A DNA stretch of 63,903 nucleotides, filler included, from Octopus bimaculoides (GCF_001194135.2; 6 parts of 6 records of this genome joined end to end with filler, not necessarily neighbours in it); one strand, 5' to 3'; numbered from the whole stretch's first letter, positions 13,763-25,978 are shown. The notes: generated by a model not told the origin, from the sequence alone. A program made the numbers and translations.

Positions 13763-14177
13763 TATATTTATATTTGTATTTTTTTAAACTACTTTTCGAC
13801 TCTTTTCTGAACGGAAATGTATGCTTGGTCAGCAGAAGAGGAAGGTGGCAGAAATGAGGTGGAGGTATTTTTCTGAAGTGACAGCCGTAACTTCCCGATT
13901 TTTATGGCGTCACTCATTTACTAACTATGCTGACAGCAAGAACAACAAAAATACGACAGTGACAACAACTACATCAAAGCATCAACGAACCAAATAGATT
14001 GGCTATTAAGTCTAATTTGTGGAAAACCAAAAATTAAAACATTACTGTTTGACAATAATTATAATTGTACTGAAATGCAGGAGAGTGACGTTCGTCCAAA
14101 TGTTAGCAAGACTGCCCCATAATCCATAGTTATGTATGTGGTAGTGCCATATGTTTCTAGACGGCTGTTGTTGTTAA

Positions 14178-14266
14178 GTCCAGCTAAGTTACGGGGACAT
14201 AAACACACCAGCATTGGTTGTCAAGCCATGTTGGGGGGGGGGACAAACACAGACACACAGACATAT

Positions 14267-14300
<34 letters not shown>

Positions 14301-14505
14301 NNNNNNNNNNNNNNNNNNNNNNNNNNNNNNNNNNNNNNNNNNNNTTAATTAATTAANNNNNNNNNNNNNNNNNNNNNNNNNNNNNNNNNNNNNNNNNNNN
14401 CCCGCCACTTAGCGGTTCGGCAAGAGAGACCGATAGAATAAGTACTAGGCTTACAAAGAATAAGTCCTGGGGTCGATTTGCTCGACTAAATGCGGTGCTC
14501 CAGTC
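14178..14505. mobile_element. Two partial CORE-like SINE pieces in opposite orientation either side of a gap
   Basis: 14178-14300 matches the minus-strand body; 14401-14505 matches the plus-strand tail. Confidence 0.7.
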
Positions 14506-14815
14506 TACGAGATTGAAACAAATAAAAGATAAAAGATTTTTTTAATAGTGTAAAACCTATTTGCTGATATGCCACAGTGATGTATAGGTAAGATAAATTC
14601 AGTGACGAATTTAATAGCTGCAGCAGTTTTGTAAACATTATTGACCGCAAGTTGTCTCATCTGTCTTTGACTTTCAAGTGTTTTAACACCCAACATTATG
14701 AGGGTGTCATCCTCACAGCGCTACACCACAGTGAACAGGCGAACAAACAAAACTCATACATTGAATATATGTGGTGGATAATGTTTACAACGCTAGCGCT
14801 GCTTTTAATTCGTAT

Positions 14816-14850
<35 letters not shown>

Positions 14851-15627
14851 AATATTACTGTTAATAATTTACAATAATGTCAGTGGCTAGCATGCATAAA
14901 AGAACCATAAAGGCAAAATTATCAGTTAATAATGAAGGGTACTACTTGTAGCATCAGCATGCTAAAGATAGCAGTCAAAACGATTCAAAACCACAGTTTT
15001 CATTTGTACACAAGGGCGAAATCGAGGAAAAGGAAGTAAAATTTTAAGACCNNNNNNNNNNNNNNNNNNNNNNNNNNNNNNNNNNNNNNNNNNNNNNNNN
15101 NNNNNNNNNNNNNNNNNNNNNNNNNNNNNNNNNNNNNNNNNNNNNNNNNNNNNNNNNNNNNNNNNNNNNNNNNNNNNNNNNNNNNNNNNNNNNNNNNNNN
15201 NNNNNNNNNNNNNNNNNNNNNNNNNNNNNNNNNNNNNNNNNNNNNNNNNNNNNNNNNNNNNNNNNNNNNNNNNNNNNNNNNNNNNNNNNNNNNNNNNNNN
15301 NNNNNNNNNNNNNNNNNNNNNNNNNNNNNNNNNNNNNNNNNNNNNNNNNNNNNNNNNNNNNNNNNNNNNNNNNNNNNNNNNNNNNNNNNNNNNNNNNNNN
15401 NNNNNNNNNNNNNNNNNNNNNNNNNNNNNNNNNNNNNNNNNNNNNNNNNNNNNNNNNNNNNNNNNNNNNNNNNNNNNNNNNNNNNNNNNNNNNNNNNNNN
15501 NNNNNNNNNNNNNNNNNNNNNNNNNNNNNNNNNNNNNNNNNNNNNNNNNNNNNNNNNNNNNNNNNNNNNNNNNNNNNNNNNNNNNNNNNNNNNNNNNNNN
15601 NNNNATATATATATATATATATATATA

Positions 15628-16232
15628 CAGAGCGCTGTGATTAAACTGTCGTCTAACTTATGCAAAAATGAAAATAACACTGACATCTAATTTTAACAGA
15701 TATATTTGCCAAAATTACATTAAAAATCTTGAAATACTAAAGAGTAAATTTATTCAATGAAATCGCCATTGGCCTCAACCACGGCCTCCAGATGACTTTG
15801 GAATCTCCTGCAACTCTTCTGGACGGTCGCCTTGTATAAGTTGGTGAATGCTGCCATAATCTCTGCCTTCAGTTCATCTTCGGTGTTACAAGGAATTTTG
15901 GTGGTCTCTCGTTCAACTGCTCCCCACACATAATAATCAAGAGGGTTGCACTCTGGGGAATTAGGTTGCCAGATATTAGGGGTGATGTGGCCACAGAAAT
16001 TGTCTGACAGGCATGACTGGATCCTCCTGCTTGTGTAGCATGGTGCAGAGTCCTGTTGCTAGGCATAGGGTCTTCCAGCAGCCGCCCTCTTGATCCAGGG
16101 TAACACTATCTCCTCCAGGCACTTGATGTAGGCTTCTGTATTGAGTGTGAGAAGATGAATGGAGGTATAACGTCGTCATCACTAGTGATCACTCCAAACA
16201 CCATGATGTTGACTGGATGTTTGAATTTTTTA
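15628..16232 (-). mobile_element. Tc1/mariner-superfamily DD37D (maT-type) transposase 3' remnant with probable right TIR
   Basis: The minus strand reads KHPVNIMVFGVITS..NTEAYIKCLEEIVLPWIKR..A*QQDSAPCY..WQPNSPECNPLDYYVWGAVE..VVEANGDFIE* (stop at 15750-15752). There are 37 residues between the two visible Asp. One stop and one frameshift. Confidence 0.85.
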
Positions 16233-16570
16233 CTTGCCCAAGGACTCAACCCCGAACCATGTGGCCTTTTACGCGCATGGACCCTTGCACCTACGAGCCT
16301 GTATATGAAATACGCAAATGCGTGCATTGTATGGCAGTGCGCGCATCTGTTCACACATATGTCCGCGTATGCCCACGCGTATACTGTATCTCTAAGTATT
16401 CACACGTATGCGTATGTGCACGTTCATGTATGTATGCTTACATTTTTGCATACTCGCGCATTAGCTTATATGTATGCATGCACATGTATTATGTGGTAAT
16501 ACATGTAAATATCCATGCGTATATGCACGCAAATGTGTGTATATGCACGTATGTACGTATGGTTGTCTAC

Positions 16571-16604
<34 letters not shown>

Positions 16605-16624
16605 TTTATCTTTTATCTTTTATT

Positions 16625-16880
16625 TTTATCCTTTGTCTTTTACTTGTTTTAGTCATTAGACTGCGGCCATACTGGAGCACCACCTTGAAGAATCTTTAGT
16701 CGAATGAATCGACCCCAGAGCTTATTCTTTAAAGCCTGGTACTTATTCTATTGTCCTCTTTTGCCGAGTTGCTAAGTTACAGGGACATAAATACACCGGC
16801 AGCAGTTGTCAAGCGGTGCTGACAACCGCTGCTGGTGTAACTGCTGACAGAGACACAAATACACATACACACACATATAT
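16625..16880 (-). mobile_element. 3' half of CORE-like SINE with internal fold-back
   Basis: cttttacttgttttagtcattagactgcggcc...gctaagttacagggacataaatacacc. Confidence 0.78.
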
Positions 16881-17420
16881 ATACATCATCGCACACACAT
16901 ACACAAAGTATATGTTTTGTCCGTTTGTGGACAAGCTTCAATTGCAGGTGTAAGAAAATATATTCTCATGAATGCGCCTGGTGTTAAAACACCTGGAAGT
17001 TATAGACAAGCGAGATAACTCGCAACAGGTCCCGTTACAAGAGCGGTAGACATTAATGTTTTGTCATCTTTGTGACTTGTCAATACCACGTACCCGAAAC
17101 GAGGCCAGATCAAACTAAAATCTCCTTCTATGACTATATGCAAACTTGTGTGAGAACCATGTGCTTGTATGTCCCGACATTTCATACTACGGAAAAAATT
17201 CAAATATGAATGGGAAGCAGCCCGAAGGATATAAACAATATCGAACACACGTACACAATGTATGTATCTTATCAGTTCGTGAACCAGGCGAATTCTAAGA
17301 ATAACATTCTCTTACGCCTACAATCGCAACATGGCCACGAACTGACAAAACTCATACCTTGTGTACGTATGTTCAATATTGTTTATATCCCTCGGGCTGC
17401 TTCTCATTCATATTTAAATA

Positions 17421-17648
17421 TTGGGTTGTCCGGAAAGTTCGTGCCGATTTTTAAAGGAAAGAAAAAGGTCAATAAATACTTGCCATTACATTTTTAATCA
17501 ACCAAATATGAATCATGTTGTTGCACAATGCGTCTCCATCTTTCCTTTAACTTGAAAATACCCTCTTCCCAGAATTGAGGTGGTTTCATGGCAAATAAGT
17601 CGAAAGGTAAGCTACTATAAATCGGCACGAACTTTCCGGACAACCCAA
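17421..17648. mobile_element. Mariner-derived MITE, 228 bp, perfect 30-bp TIRs, TA TSD
   Basis: TTGGGTTGTCCGGAAAGTTCGTGCCGATTT at 17421-17450 with its exact reverse complement at 17619-17648; TA on both sides. Internal minus-strand FWEEGIFKLKERWRRIVQQHDSY resembles a mariner C-terminus. Confidence 0.92.
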
Positions 17649-18130
17649 TATATATACATAAGCTATGTGGAAGGACCGAACTAGAATCCACTTCTTAAAC
17701 GGCAATTCCATGCCTTTTGGCCTTTGTTTTCTTTTCTTTCACACACACCCTCATCATTAAAGATGTTATGTTCATTAATTAAAATTTCTACATACATTAA
17801 GTACTTTAGCACCCAATTTTCTAATTACTTTATATTTGTAATTAGTCAAATATAGTTAATGCTACACGGCTAGAATTACTGCTAACAGCAATTTGTTTAT
17901 GTCTTAAGGCTGTTTATATGTTGAGGTTGGTTCAACTTTACGGTGTGTTAAATGTAACTTGGATTAAATTAATGTTCACGGCTTTTTTTGTTTGTTTATT
18001 CTTTTTTCTTTTTTCACGGTTCTAAGCAATTTTTCGGAGAATTTCGTCAACGCCCGTGTTTCAAGTTTGAATATTGCCGAAATTTCGCCTGTAGGCGAGA
18101 GGTTACTGGCCCCTGTCTGGCTTGTCTTAA

Positions 18131-18495
18131 CCCTTTTGTTACCATATCTCTGTTGAAATATACTCTCTTTGTTTCTATTAATTTTCAAAATAATGAATAA
18201 CTTAGTGAAATAACTTTGTCATCATTAAGTTGATGTTTGGAACATAAATTAACATGAGCTTTTGATGGAAGGTTTTAACTTAGCTCACTTTAAAACAGAA
18301 AGTTTGTATTGTAGAACAAGAGGAAACTCTCAGCCGAATCACAGAACACACAGTCTGATAGTCATAAAATATCTAACCTTTTTGTTACCATATTTCTATT
18401 GAAATACACTGCCCTTGTCTCAATTACTTTTGAAGATAATGAAGAATTTAGTAAAATAACTTTGTCGTAATTAAATAAGCGTTTGGAACATAAAC
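18131..18495. mobile_element. Two tandem partial copies related to the 38191 MITE
   Basis: ttaacccttttgttaccatat... and aacctttttgttaccatattt...; both share gaatttagtaaaataact / ggaacataaa motifs with the reverse complement of 38191-38410. Confidence 0.65.
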
Positions 18496-18499
18496 TATC

Positions 18500-18900
18500 T
18501 CTTTTACTCTTTTACTTATTTCAGTCATTTGACTGCGGCCATGCTGGAGCACCGCCTTTAGTCGAGCAAATCGACCCCAGGACTTATTGTTTGTAAGCCT
18601 AGTACTTATTCTATTGGTCTCTTTTGCCGAACCGCTAAGTTACGGTGACGTAAACACACCAGCATCGGTTGTCAGGCGATGTTGGGGAGACAAACACAGA
18701 CACACAAACACACACACATATATATACACATATATATATATACGACGGGCTTCTTTCAGTTTTCGTCTACCAAATCCACTCACAAGGCTTTGGTCGGCCC
18801 GAGGCTATAGTAGAAGTCACTTGCCCAAGGTGCCACGCAGTGGGACTGAACCCGGAACCATGTGGTTGGTAAGCAAGCTACTTACCACACAGCCACTCCT
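18500..18900 (-). mobile_element. Full-length CORE-like SINE
   Basis: Near-identical to 7220-7653. Confidence 0.88.
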
Positions 18901-18974
18901 AAGTTTTTTTTCTTTTATATATAAGAAAGTCCGAAACAAGGCAAAAAGCTACTTAGTGTAAGGGACAATGAAGA

Positions 18975-19370
18975 AGGAGAAATTAAGATGAAAGGAAAGA
19001 ATTGACTTTAGACTTGAAAGTGTTCAGGAAGACAACGAGAGAGAAGAAGATAGTTCCAAAGTCTGACAGTTCGAAGAAAAAAGCTACGAGCGTAGAAAGA
19101 CTTCCTTATTCGTGAAAGCACAACAGCGTTTGGATGAAGACACTGAGAGTTTCAAGTTAGGCGAGGTGGCTCAAAGGGATCTGTAACTAAAAGAGAAAGT
19201 TCATCAGAACACTTCCTGTGGGAGGAACGATAGAAAAGACTAAGACTGGCAACATCACGAAATTGTGACAAGGGTTGCAGAGTAGAAACAAGAGAGGGAC
19301 CAATCATATTAGAGACTCTCTTTTCTAAACCCAGTCCAGTGACAAGATGGTGTATGTAAGAACCCAAGAA
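18975..19370 (-). mobile_element. CR1/Jockey-group LINE ORF2 C-terminal remnant
   Basis: RVSNMIGPSLVSTLQPLSQFRDVASLSLFYRSSHRKCSDELSLLV, then a degenerate SFF.RTVRLWN-like motif. Confidence 0.7.
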
Positions 19371-20297
19371 AGATTTAGATAACCTTAAAACAACAGGTTT
19401 GTATCATAAAACCAAGGGCTGTCGGTGAGCGTTTTGGTATCCTGGTTCGCTTGTCATCGTTTTTGTTGATGCTGAAACTATTGATGCAGTTATTATTGTT
19501 GTTGATGTTGTGGTTTTTAGTGATGTTTTTGCTGCTATCGTTGTCACTGTTTTGTTTTTGCTTTGTTTTTTTTTTTTTGTCGTTATAGTTGTTTAACCCC
19601 TTAGCATTTGATCCAGCCATAAGCGGCCCAAAATATTCTACCTGTTTGATGTTAAAACTGACCAGATCCAACCTCTCACACTTGCCCTACAATGTCATTC
19701 TAAAAACATACAAAAATACCATTGAAATCTTGAAGTTACAAAATAATGTCATTAATCGAAAACAATGTCTGACTATTTGTAAAGACGTTCCAGCCACAAT
19801 CCTGTCGTTTGTATCAATTATAGTATACNNNNNNNNNNNNNNNNNNNNNNNNNNNNNNNNNNNNNNNNNNNNNNNNNNNNNNNNNNNNNNNNNNNNNNNN
19901 NNNNNNNNNNNNNNNNNNNNNNNNNNNNTCACCATCATCATCGCCATCATCATCATCTTCCTCATCCTCGTCGTCGTCGTCGTCGTCGTCATCGTTATCA
20001 TCATCATCACTACCACCACCATCATCGTCACCAGAAGCAGCGGCATCTCCACCATCAACATCATCAACATGTACACATCGATCTTTCTGGGAAAATGTAA
20101 ATTTCATTTTATTAAAAAGGAAAAATAATTCCTGAGAAAGAAGAGAAGGAAGAGAGGAAGCGGAGATGGGGGGGTCATCCCTATAGGCTCTTCATACTCC
20201 CCCACAACCCCCATCCTCATCACTTTAGACTGATTGACAAAGATAACTGGAGATGTTGTTGTTGTTTAACTCAAGGTCATCTTTGACCTTTAGTTAA

Positions 20298-20408
20298 TGG
20301 CTGTGTCGTAAGGAGTTTGTTTCTCAACCACAGGCTCTGGGTTCTTGTGAGTGGATTTGGTAGACGGAAACTGAAAGAAGCCCGTCGTATATATGTATAT
20401 ATATATAT

Positions 20409-20450
<42 letters not shown>

Positions 20451-20583
20451 GTGTGTGTGTGTGTGTGTGTGTGTATAACTATGTGCATATACCTTTATGT
20501 TTGTGTTTGTCCCCACCATCACCACTTGACACCCGGTGTTGGTGTGTTTACGTCCCCGTATCTAGCGGTTCAGCAAAACGGAC
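20298..20583 (+). mobile_element. CORE-like SINE, internally deleted
   Basis: ttgtgagtggatttggtagacggaaactgaaagaagcccgtcg and ccccgtatctagcggttcagcaaa motifs. Confidence 0.75.
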
Positions 20584-21157
20584 NNNNNNNNNNNNNNNNN
20601 NNNNNNNNNNNNNNNNNNNNNNNNNNNNNNNNNNNNNNNNNNNNNNNNNNNNNNNNNNNNNNNNNNNNNNNNNNNNNNNNNNNNNNNNNNNNNNNNNNNN
20701 NNNNNNNNNNNNNNNNNNNNNNNNNNNNNNNNNNNNNNNNNNNNNNNNNNNNNNNNNNNNNNNNNNNNNNNNNNNNNNNNNNNNNNNNNNNNNNNNNNNN
20801 NNNNNNNNNNNNNNNNNNNNNNNNNNNNNNNNNNNNNNNNNNNNNNNNNNNNNNNNNNNNNNNNNNNNNNNNNNNNNNNNNNNNNNNNNNNNNNNNNNNN
20901 NNNNNNNNNNNNNNNNNNNNNNNNNNNNNNNNNNNNNNNNNNNNNNNNNNNNNNNNNNTATACGTGTGTGTGTGTGTATATGTTTGTCTTTTTGTTGACC
21001 TTGTATGTCCCGTAACTTAGTAGTTCGACGAATGTGGATCGATTAAGAAAGGGCAGCAGACTAGAACGGTTAATAGAATTTATACGATCGACTTCGGGAG
21101 AGAAAAAAAAAACATGAAAGAGGTGCTCCAGCATGGTCGCATCCCAATGACTGAAAC

Positions 21158-21159
<2 letters not shown>

Positions 21160-21229
<70 letters not shown>

Positions 21230-21230
21230 A
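21160..21230. repeat. (GAAA)n microsatellite grown from a SINE tail
   Basis: Follows gactgaaacaa, the 3' end of the CORE-like SINE. Confidence 0.9.
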
Positions 21231-23266
21231 TAGACTGGAAAAATGAATGTTCACAGCTGGAACGTCTTTGATCATAAGTTTGCATCGATCATGTCTGACC
21301 TGGGGTTAAACGTTTTTCTTTCGTTTTTAAATGACAACAGCAAAAACTTAACAACAAAACAAAAATTACAACACTATAAAAAACAACACCATATCAAGGA
21401 ATGCATTGTTTTCCGTAGAAACATGGACACACAAGGGACAGAAGTCTGGCGCCTCTGCAACTAGGTTGATCCAATTAAAATACAAGACAGAATAGGTCTG
21501 GGTTTGTGTGTGATATCGTAACCAGAACAAAGCTTTTGTTCATTATTATAGTTACATCGTCTTCAAAGCAATGGAGAGTAGACACAGAAGAAAAAAAGCA
21601 CTTCGCAAAGATGCAAATCTAAAAGAAGCGAAAACTTTGGCGATAAAAGTGAAATAAATTATACCATTTGAATGCGATTTGGGTGGGCAAACATCGTTTG
21701 TTTTGTTCTGGGCTGTTGGGGTTTTTTCTTTCCTTTTTTTCTTTATCCTCCGTCCCCCCCTCACCTCTCTTCGTTCAAGTGTTTTATAAACGTCACCGCA
21801 TGAGGGCGCTGTGGCGAAGTGTTTGATCGAAGATCTTGCTTGCTTTATTTATGTACACATCGCCTATTTCACACAGTCATATCTGTGTGTGTATGTGTGT
21901 ATATAAGTATATATGTGTGTGTGTGTGTGTCTATGTATGTACGTGTGTATATAAGTATGTGTGTGTGTGTCTGTGTGTGTGCGTATATATTTTTGTATAA
22001 AAACGAAAGTTATTTATTGGATTAAGAACTCAATACGTGAAGTAGAATAAAAATACTTATTTTCTTTAAAGATTGTCAGTAACCTCGAAGGTTGAGCGAC
22101 TCATTTCAAACTAACGTGTTTGTGTGTATCAATAACTGTTTTATGTATGTGTTTGTATACATGATTGTGTGTGTATGTGTGTGTATATATATATATAGAG
22201 AGAGAGAGAGAGATAGATAGATACATACATACATATATACATACATACATACATACATAATACATACATACATAGACAGAAATTCATATATACATACATA
22301 CATATATATATATATATNNNNNNNNNNNNNNNNNNNNNNNNNNNNNNNNNNNNNNNNNNNNNNNNNNNNNNNNNNNNNNNNNNNNNNNNNNNNNNNNNNN
22401 NNNNNNNNNNNNNNNNNNNNNNNNNNNNNNNNNNNNNNNNNNNNNNNNNNNNNNNNNNNNNNNNNNNNNNNNNNNNNNNNNNNNNNNNNNNNNNNNNNNN
22501 NNNNNNNNNNNNNNNNNNNNNNNNNNNNNNNNNNNNNNNNNNNNNNNNNNNNNNNNNNNNNNNNNNNNNNNNNNNNNNNNNNNNNNNNNNNNNNNNNNNN
22601 NNNNNNNNNNNNNNNNNNNNNNNNNNNNNNNNNNNNNNNNNNNNNNNNNNNNNNNNNNNNNNNNNNNNNNNNNNNNNNNNNNNNNNNNNNNNNNNNNNNN
22701 NNNNNNNNNNNNNNNNNNNNNNNNNNNNNNNNNNNNNNNNNNNNNNNNNNNNNNNNNNNNNNNNNNNNNNNNNNNNNNNNNNNNNNNNNNNNNNNNNNNN
22801 NNNNNNNNNNNNNNNNNNNNNNNNNNNNNNNNNNNNNNNNNNNNNNNNNNNNNNNNNNNNNNNNNNNNNNNNNNNNNNNNNNNNNNNNNNNNNNNNNNNN
22901 NNNNNNNNNNNNNNNNNNNNNNNNNNNNNNNNNNNNNNNNNNNNNNNNNNNNNNNNNNNNNNNNNNNNNNNNNNNNNNNNNNNNNNNNNNNNNNNNNNNN
23001 NNNNNNNNNNNNNNNNNNNNNNNNNNNNNNNNNNNNNNNNNNNNNNNNNNNNNNNNNNNNNNNNNNNNNNNNNNNNNNNNNNNNNNNNNNNNNNNNNNNN
23101 NNNNNNNNNNNNNNNNNNNNNNNNNNNNNNNNNNNNNNNNNNNNNNNNNNNNNNNNNNNNNNNNTTGCAGTTCTGAAGCCTATATGGCTGTTGCGTGATG
23201 GTGGTGGTGGTGGTGGTGGTGGTGGTGGTTGGGTAATTACTGCTGCAGCTATATCTGCTGCACGCA

Positions 23267-23297
<31 letters not shown>

Positions 23298-23334
23298 ATG
23301 GAGAACGTCGTTATACACATGACATCCAAATGAC

Positions 23335-23497
23335 TTAGACCAGTAGGTTCAACTGGTACTTATTATATCGTCACCATAAAGACAAAAGACAAAGTCAACC
23401 TCAACGGGATTTGAACTCAAAACGTAACGAACCAGAAAAGAATGGCACTAAACACTTCGTCCTAACGTGTACTAACGGTTCTGCCAGCTCGCCGTCT
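23335..23497 (-). mobile_element. Degenerate copy of the GGCGGCGAGCT-head SINE
   Basis: ctgccagctcgccgtc, gatttgaactc and actggtactt motifs are shared with 12024-12237. Confidence 0.75.
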
Positions 23498-23759
23498 TAA
23501 TGTCCTATTTATGTCAACATCTCGTCTCCCAGAATATAGAAACATTTCTCATGGGTCCTACAGAGACAAAATGGAAAAAGGCGCTGCCCCAGGAGGATGG
23601 CGAGGAAGAAGTCTGGGCTAAGCAAAGGAAAGACCCAACGTAAAGCTTCTATTGTAATATCATCTTGATGTGTTGTGTATGCGTCTACGTGTTTAGAGGG
23701 TAGTTTCTTTTTCTCGTGTAGGGGCAAAGATTTTGAGGGTCAAAGTTTGCTGCGTCAAC

Positions 23760-24000
23760 AAACCATGCTGTTCGTATATCCGGGTGGATTTTCAATTTTG
23801 GTGTTTTTGTTTCGTTATTGAGTTGAAAGTGGCGGGTTTCGGGCGAATGTGAGGCGAGGTGAGCGAGATTTTTCGGTCGGTGTTTCGCGGCAGACCAAGC
23901 AAGGCAATGTGGGTGGGCAACTAATAACACACGAGAGCGCGCGCGCATTCACGCATACATGGACGCACCGGCAGGAGATCCGGTGATCTATTAGGGAACT
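23760..24000. promoter_or_regulatory. CpG-rich non-repetitive island, candidate promoter or first exon
   Basis: Locally dense CpG (gcgcgcgcgc, ttcggtcgg, tcgcgg) in an AT-rich context; GAG|GTGAGC donor-like site at 23859. Confidence 0.3.
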
Positions 24001-24558
24001 NNNNNNNNNNNNNNNNNNNNNNNNNNNNNNNNNNNNNNNNNNNNNNNNNNNNNNNNNNNNNNNNNNNNNNNNNNNNNNNNNNNNNNNNNNNNNNNNNNNN
24101 NNNNNNNNNNNNNNNNNNNNNNNNNNNNNNNNNNNNNNNNNNNNNNNNNNNNNNNNNNNNNNNNNNNNNNNNNNNNNNNNNNNNNNNNNNNNNNNNNNNN
24201 NNNNNNNNNNNNNNNNNNNNNNNNNNNNNNNNNNNNNNNNNNNNNNNNNNNNNNNNNNNNNNNNNNNNNNNNNNNNNNNNNNNNNNNNNNNNNNNNNNNN
24301 NNNNNNNNNNNNNNNNNNNNNNNNNNNNNNNNNNNNNNNNNNNNNNNNNNNNNNNNNNNNNNNNNNNNNNNNNNNNNNNNNNNNNNNNNNNNNNNNNNNN
24401 NNNNNNNNNNNNNNNNNNNNNNNNNNNNNNNNNNNNNNNNNNNNNNNNNNNNNNNNNNNNNNNNNNNNNNNNNNNNNNNNNNNNNNNNNNNNNNNNNNNN
24501 NNNNNNNNNNNNNNNNNNNNNNNNNNNNNNNNNNNNNNNNNNNNNNNNNNNNNNNNNG

Positions 24559-24676
24559 AAAGGGTGAAAGGTAAAGTCTCGACCCCAGCGGAATTTGAAC
24601 TCAAAACATAAAGACAGACGAAATATTGATAAGCATTCCGCCTGGCGTACTAACGATTCTGCTGGCTCGCCGCCAA
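24559..24676 (-). mobile_element. Partial GGCGGCGAGCT-head SINE
   Basis: cggaatttgaactc...ctgctggctcgccgcc; truncated by the gap. Confidence 0.75.
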
Positions 24677-24682
24677 GATAAC

Positions 24683-24745
<63 letters not shown>
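24683..24745. repeat. (AAT)n microsatellite
   Basis: Direct reading. Confidence 0.95.
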
Positions 24746-25063
24746 TCTCTGAGAGAGAAGTAAACAGAAGCAGTGGCAAATATACTTCACGATTCCTTAC
24801 TGCTACTGTTTACATCTCGCTCAGAGATTTGTTATTGCTTGTTTCTCCTTTTACGAGATCAGCGAGAGTTTATCATTGGAAAAAGCTGATAGTATTTTGC
24901 GTTTGGAATGAGTTCTCATCACTAGCTGGTGATTATCACAGATTGATGACGGGTTACTACCCAGGTACCAGGGTCTGTGTGTATCGCGTAAGGCTAGAGA
25001 TGAGAACGATGATTTCCCTTGGCAAATACTAATCAGACACAGACAGTGTGTCGTTAGCGAGCT

Positions 25064-25115
25064 GGAGGAGATGTCTTCCTGGGAGGAGATGTCTTCCTGG
25101 GAGGAGATGTCTTCC
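25064..25115. repeat. 18-bp tandem repeat x~2.9
   Basis: GGAGGAGATGTCTTCCTG repeated. Confidence 0.85.
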
Positions 25116-25234
25116 AATCAGTTAAGATGAAAAGCCATGAAAGCCACTGCCTGGATCCGGTTGTCAACTGAATCCATCGTGAAGATCACCCCCGCCACCT
25201 TCCTTTAACCAGGAAGGAAAGGCTGTTTTTATAT

Positions 25235-25625
25235 ACCCGGTGGTCATTGCTAAAGAGATTGTATGGTGGACGAAATTGAGGGGGCTGAAGACAAACACTT
25301 TTCTCTTTGGCCAATCCCTGATGAACTTCTTCGAGTTTCACTTGAAAAGGAAAATAAGGGTAGAGAGGGAAGTGTTGTCCTCTAGGCAATTTGCTGAAAG
25401 GTGGATAAAAGTGGCAAGAATGGTGTGGGTGAATGGGCCTGGCCCTGAGCATACGCCTGTAGTTGAAAAGAAGGAAAAGAAGAGAGGCACTTGCCCCCCA
25501 AAGTCAAGGTACCATTGGTTTTTTATGGTTTTTTTCCATGAGCAGCCCTCAAACGTCTCCTCCCTATTGAGGATTACACATTGTTGATTTCTTTCTTTCT
25601 TCCCTTTTTTTTATAAATTTTATTA
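25235..25625 (+). mobile_element. L1/Tx1-type LINE 3' end
   Basis: VIAKEIVWWTKLRGLKTNTFLFGQSLMNFFEFHLKRKIRVEREVLSSRQFAERWIKVARM resembles a Tx1 ORF2 C-terminus (recall); T-rich 3' region follows. Confidence 0.6.
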
Positions 25626-25766
25626 GTCTTGTTTACATGCAAAACCCTCACAACAACACACACTCANNNNNNNNNNNNNNNNNNNNNNNNNNNNNNNNNN
25701 NNNNNNNNNNTTAATTAATTAANNNNNNNNNNNNNNNNNNNNNNNNNNNNNNNNNNNNNNNNNNNN

Positions 25767-25978
25767 ACATACACACATCTATATATATACATACACACAT
25801 CTATATATATACATACACACATCTATATATATACATACACACATCTATATATATACATACACACACATCTATATATATATATATATACACACACATCTAT
25901 ATATATATATATACACACACATCTATATATATATATATATATACACACACACATCTATATATATATATATACACACAC
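25767..25978. repeat. Minisatellite built from CATCT(AT)n(AC)n, 8 units
   Basis: The CATCT anchor recurs about every 22-32 bp. Confidence 0.85.

Noticed and set aside
14345-14356. TTAATTAATTAA between N runs (also 25711, 57231, 61319, 62580)
   Set aside because: An identical 12-mer always flanked by Ns; a scaffolding spacer, not biological sequence.
21552-21764. Minus-strand ORF with a signal-peptide-like stretch (SLRSAFFLLCLLSIALK)
   Set aside because: The hydrophobic stretch is C-terminal, the ORF starts in low-complexity sequence and no family is recognised.
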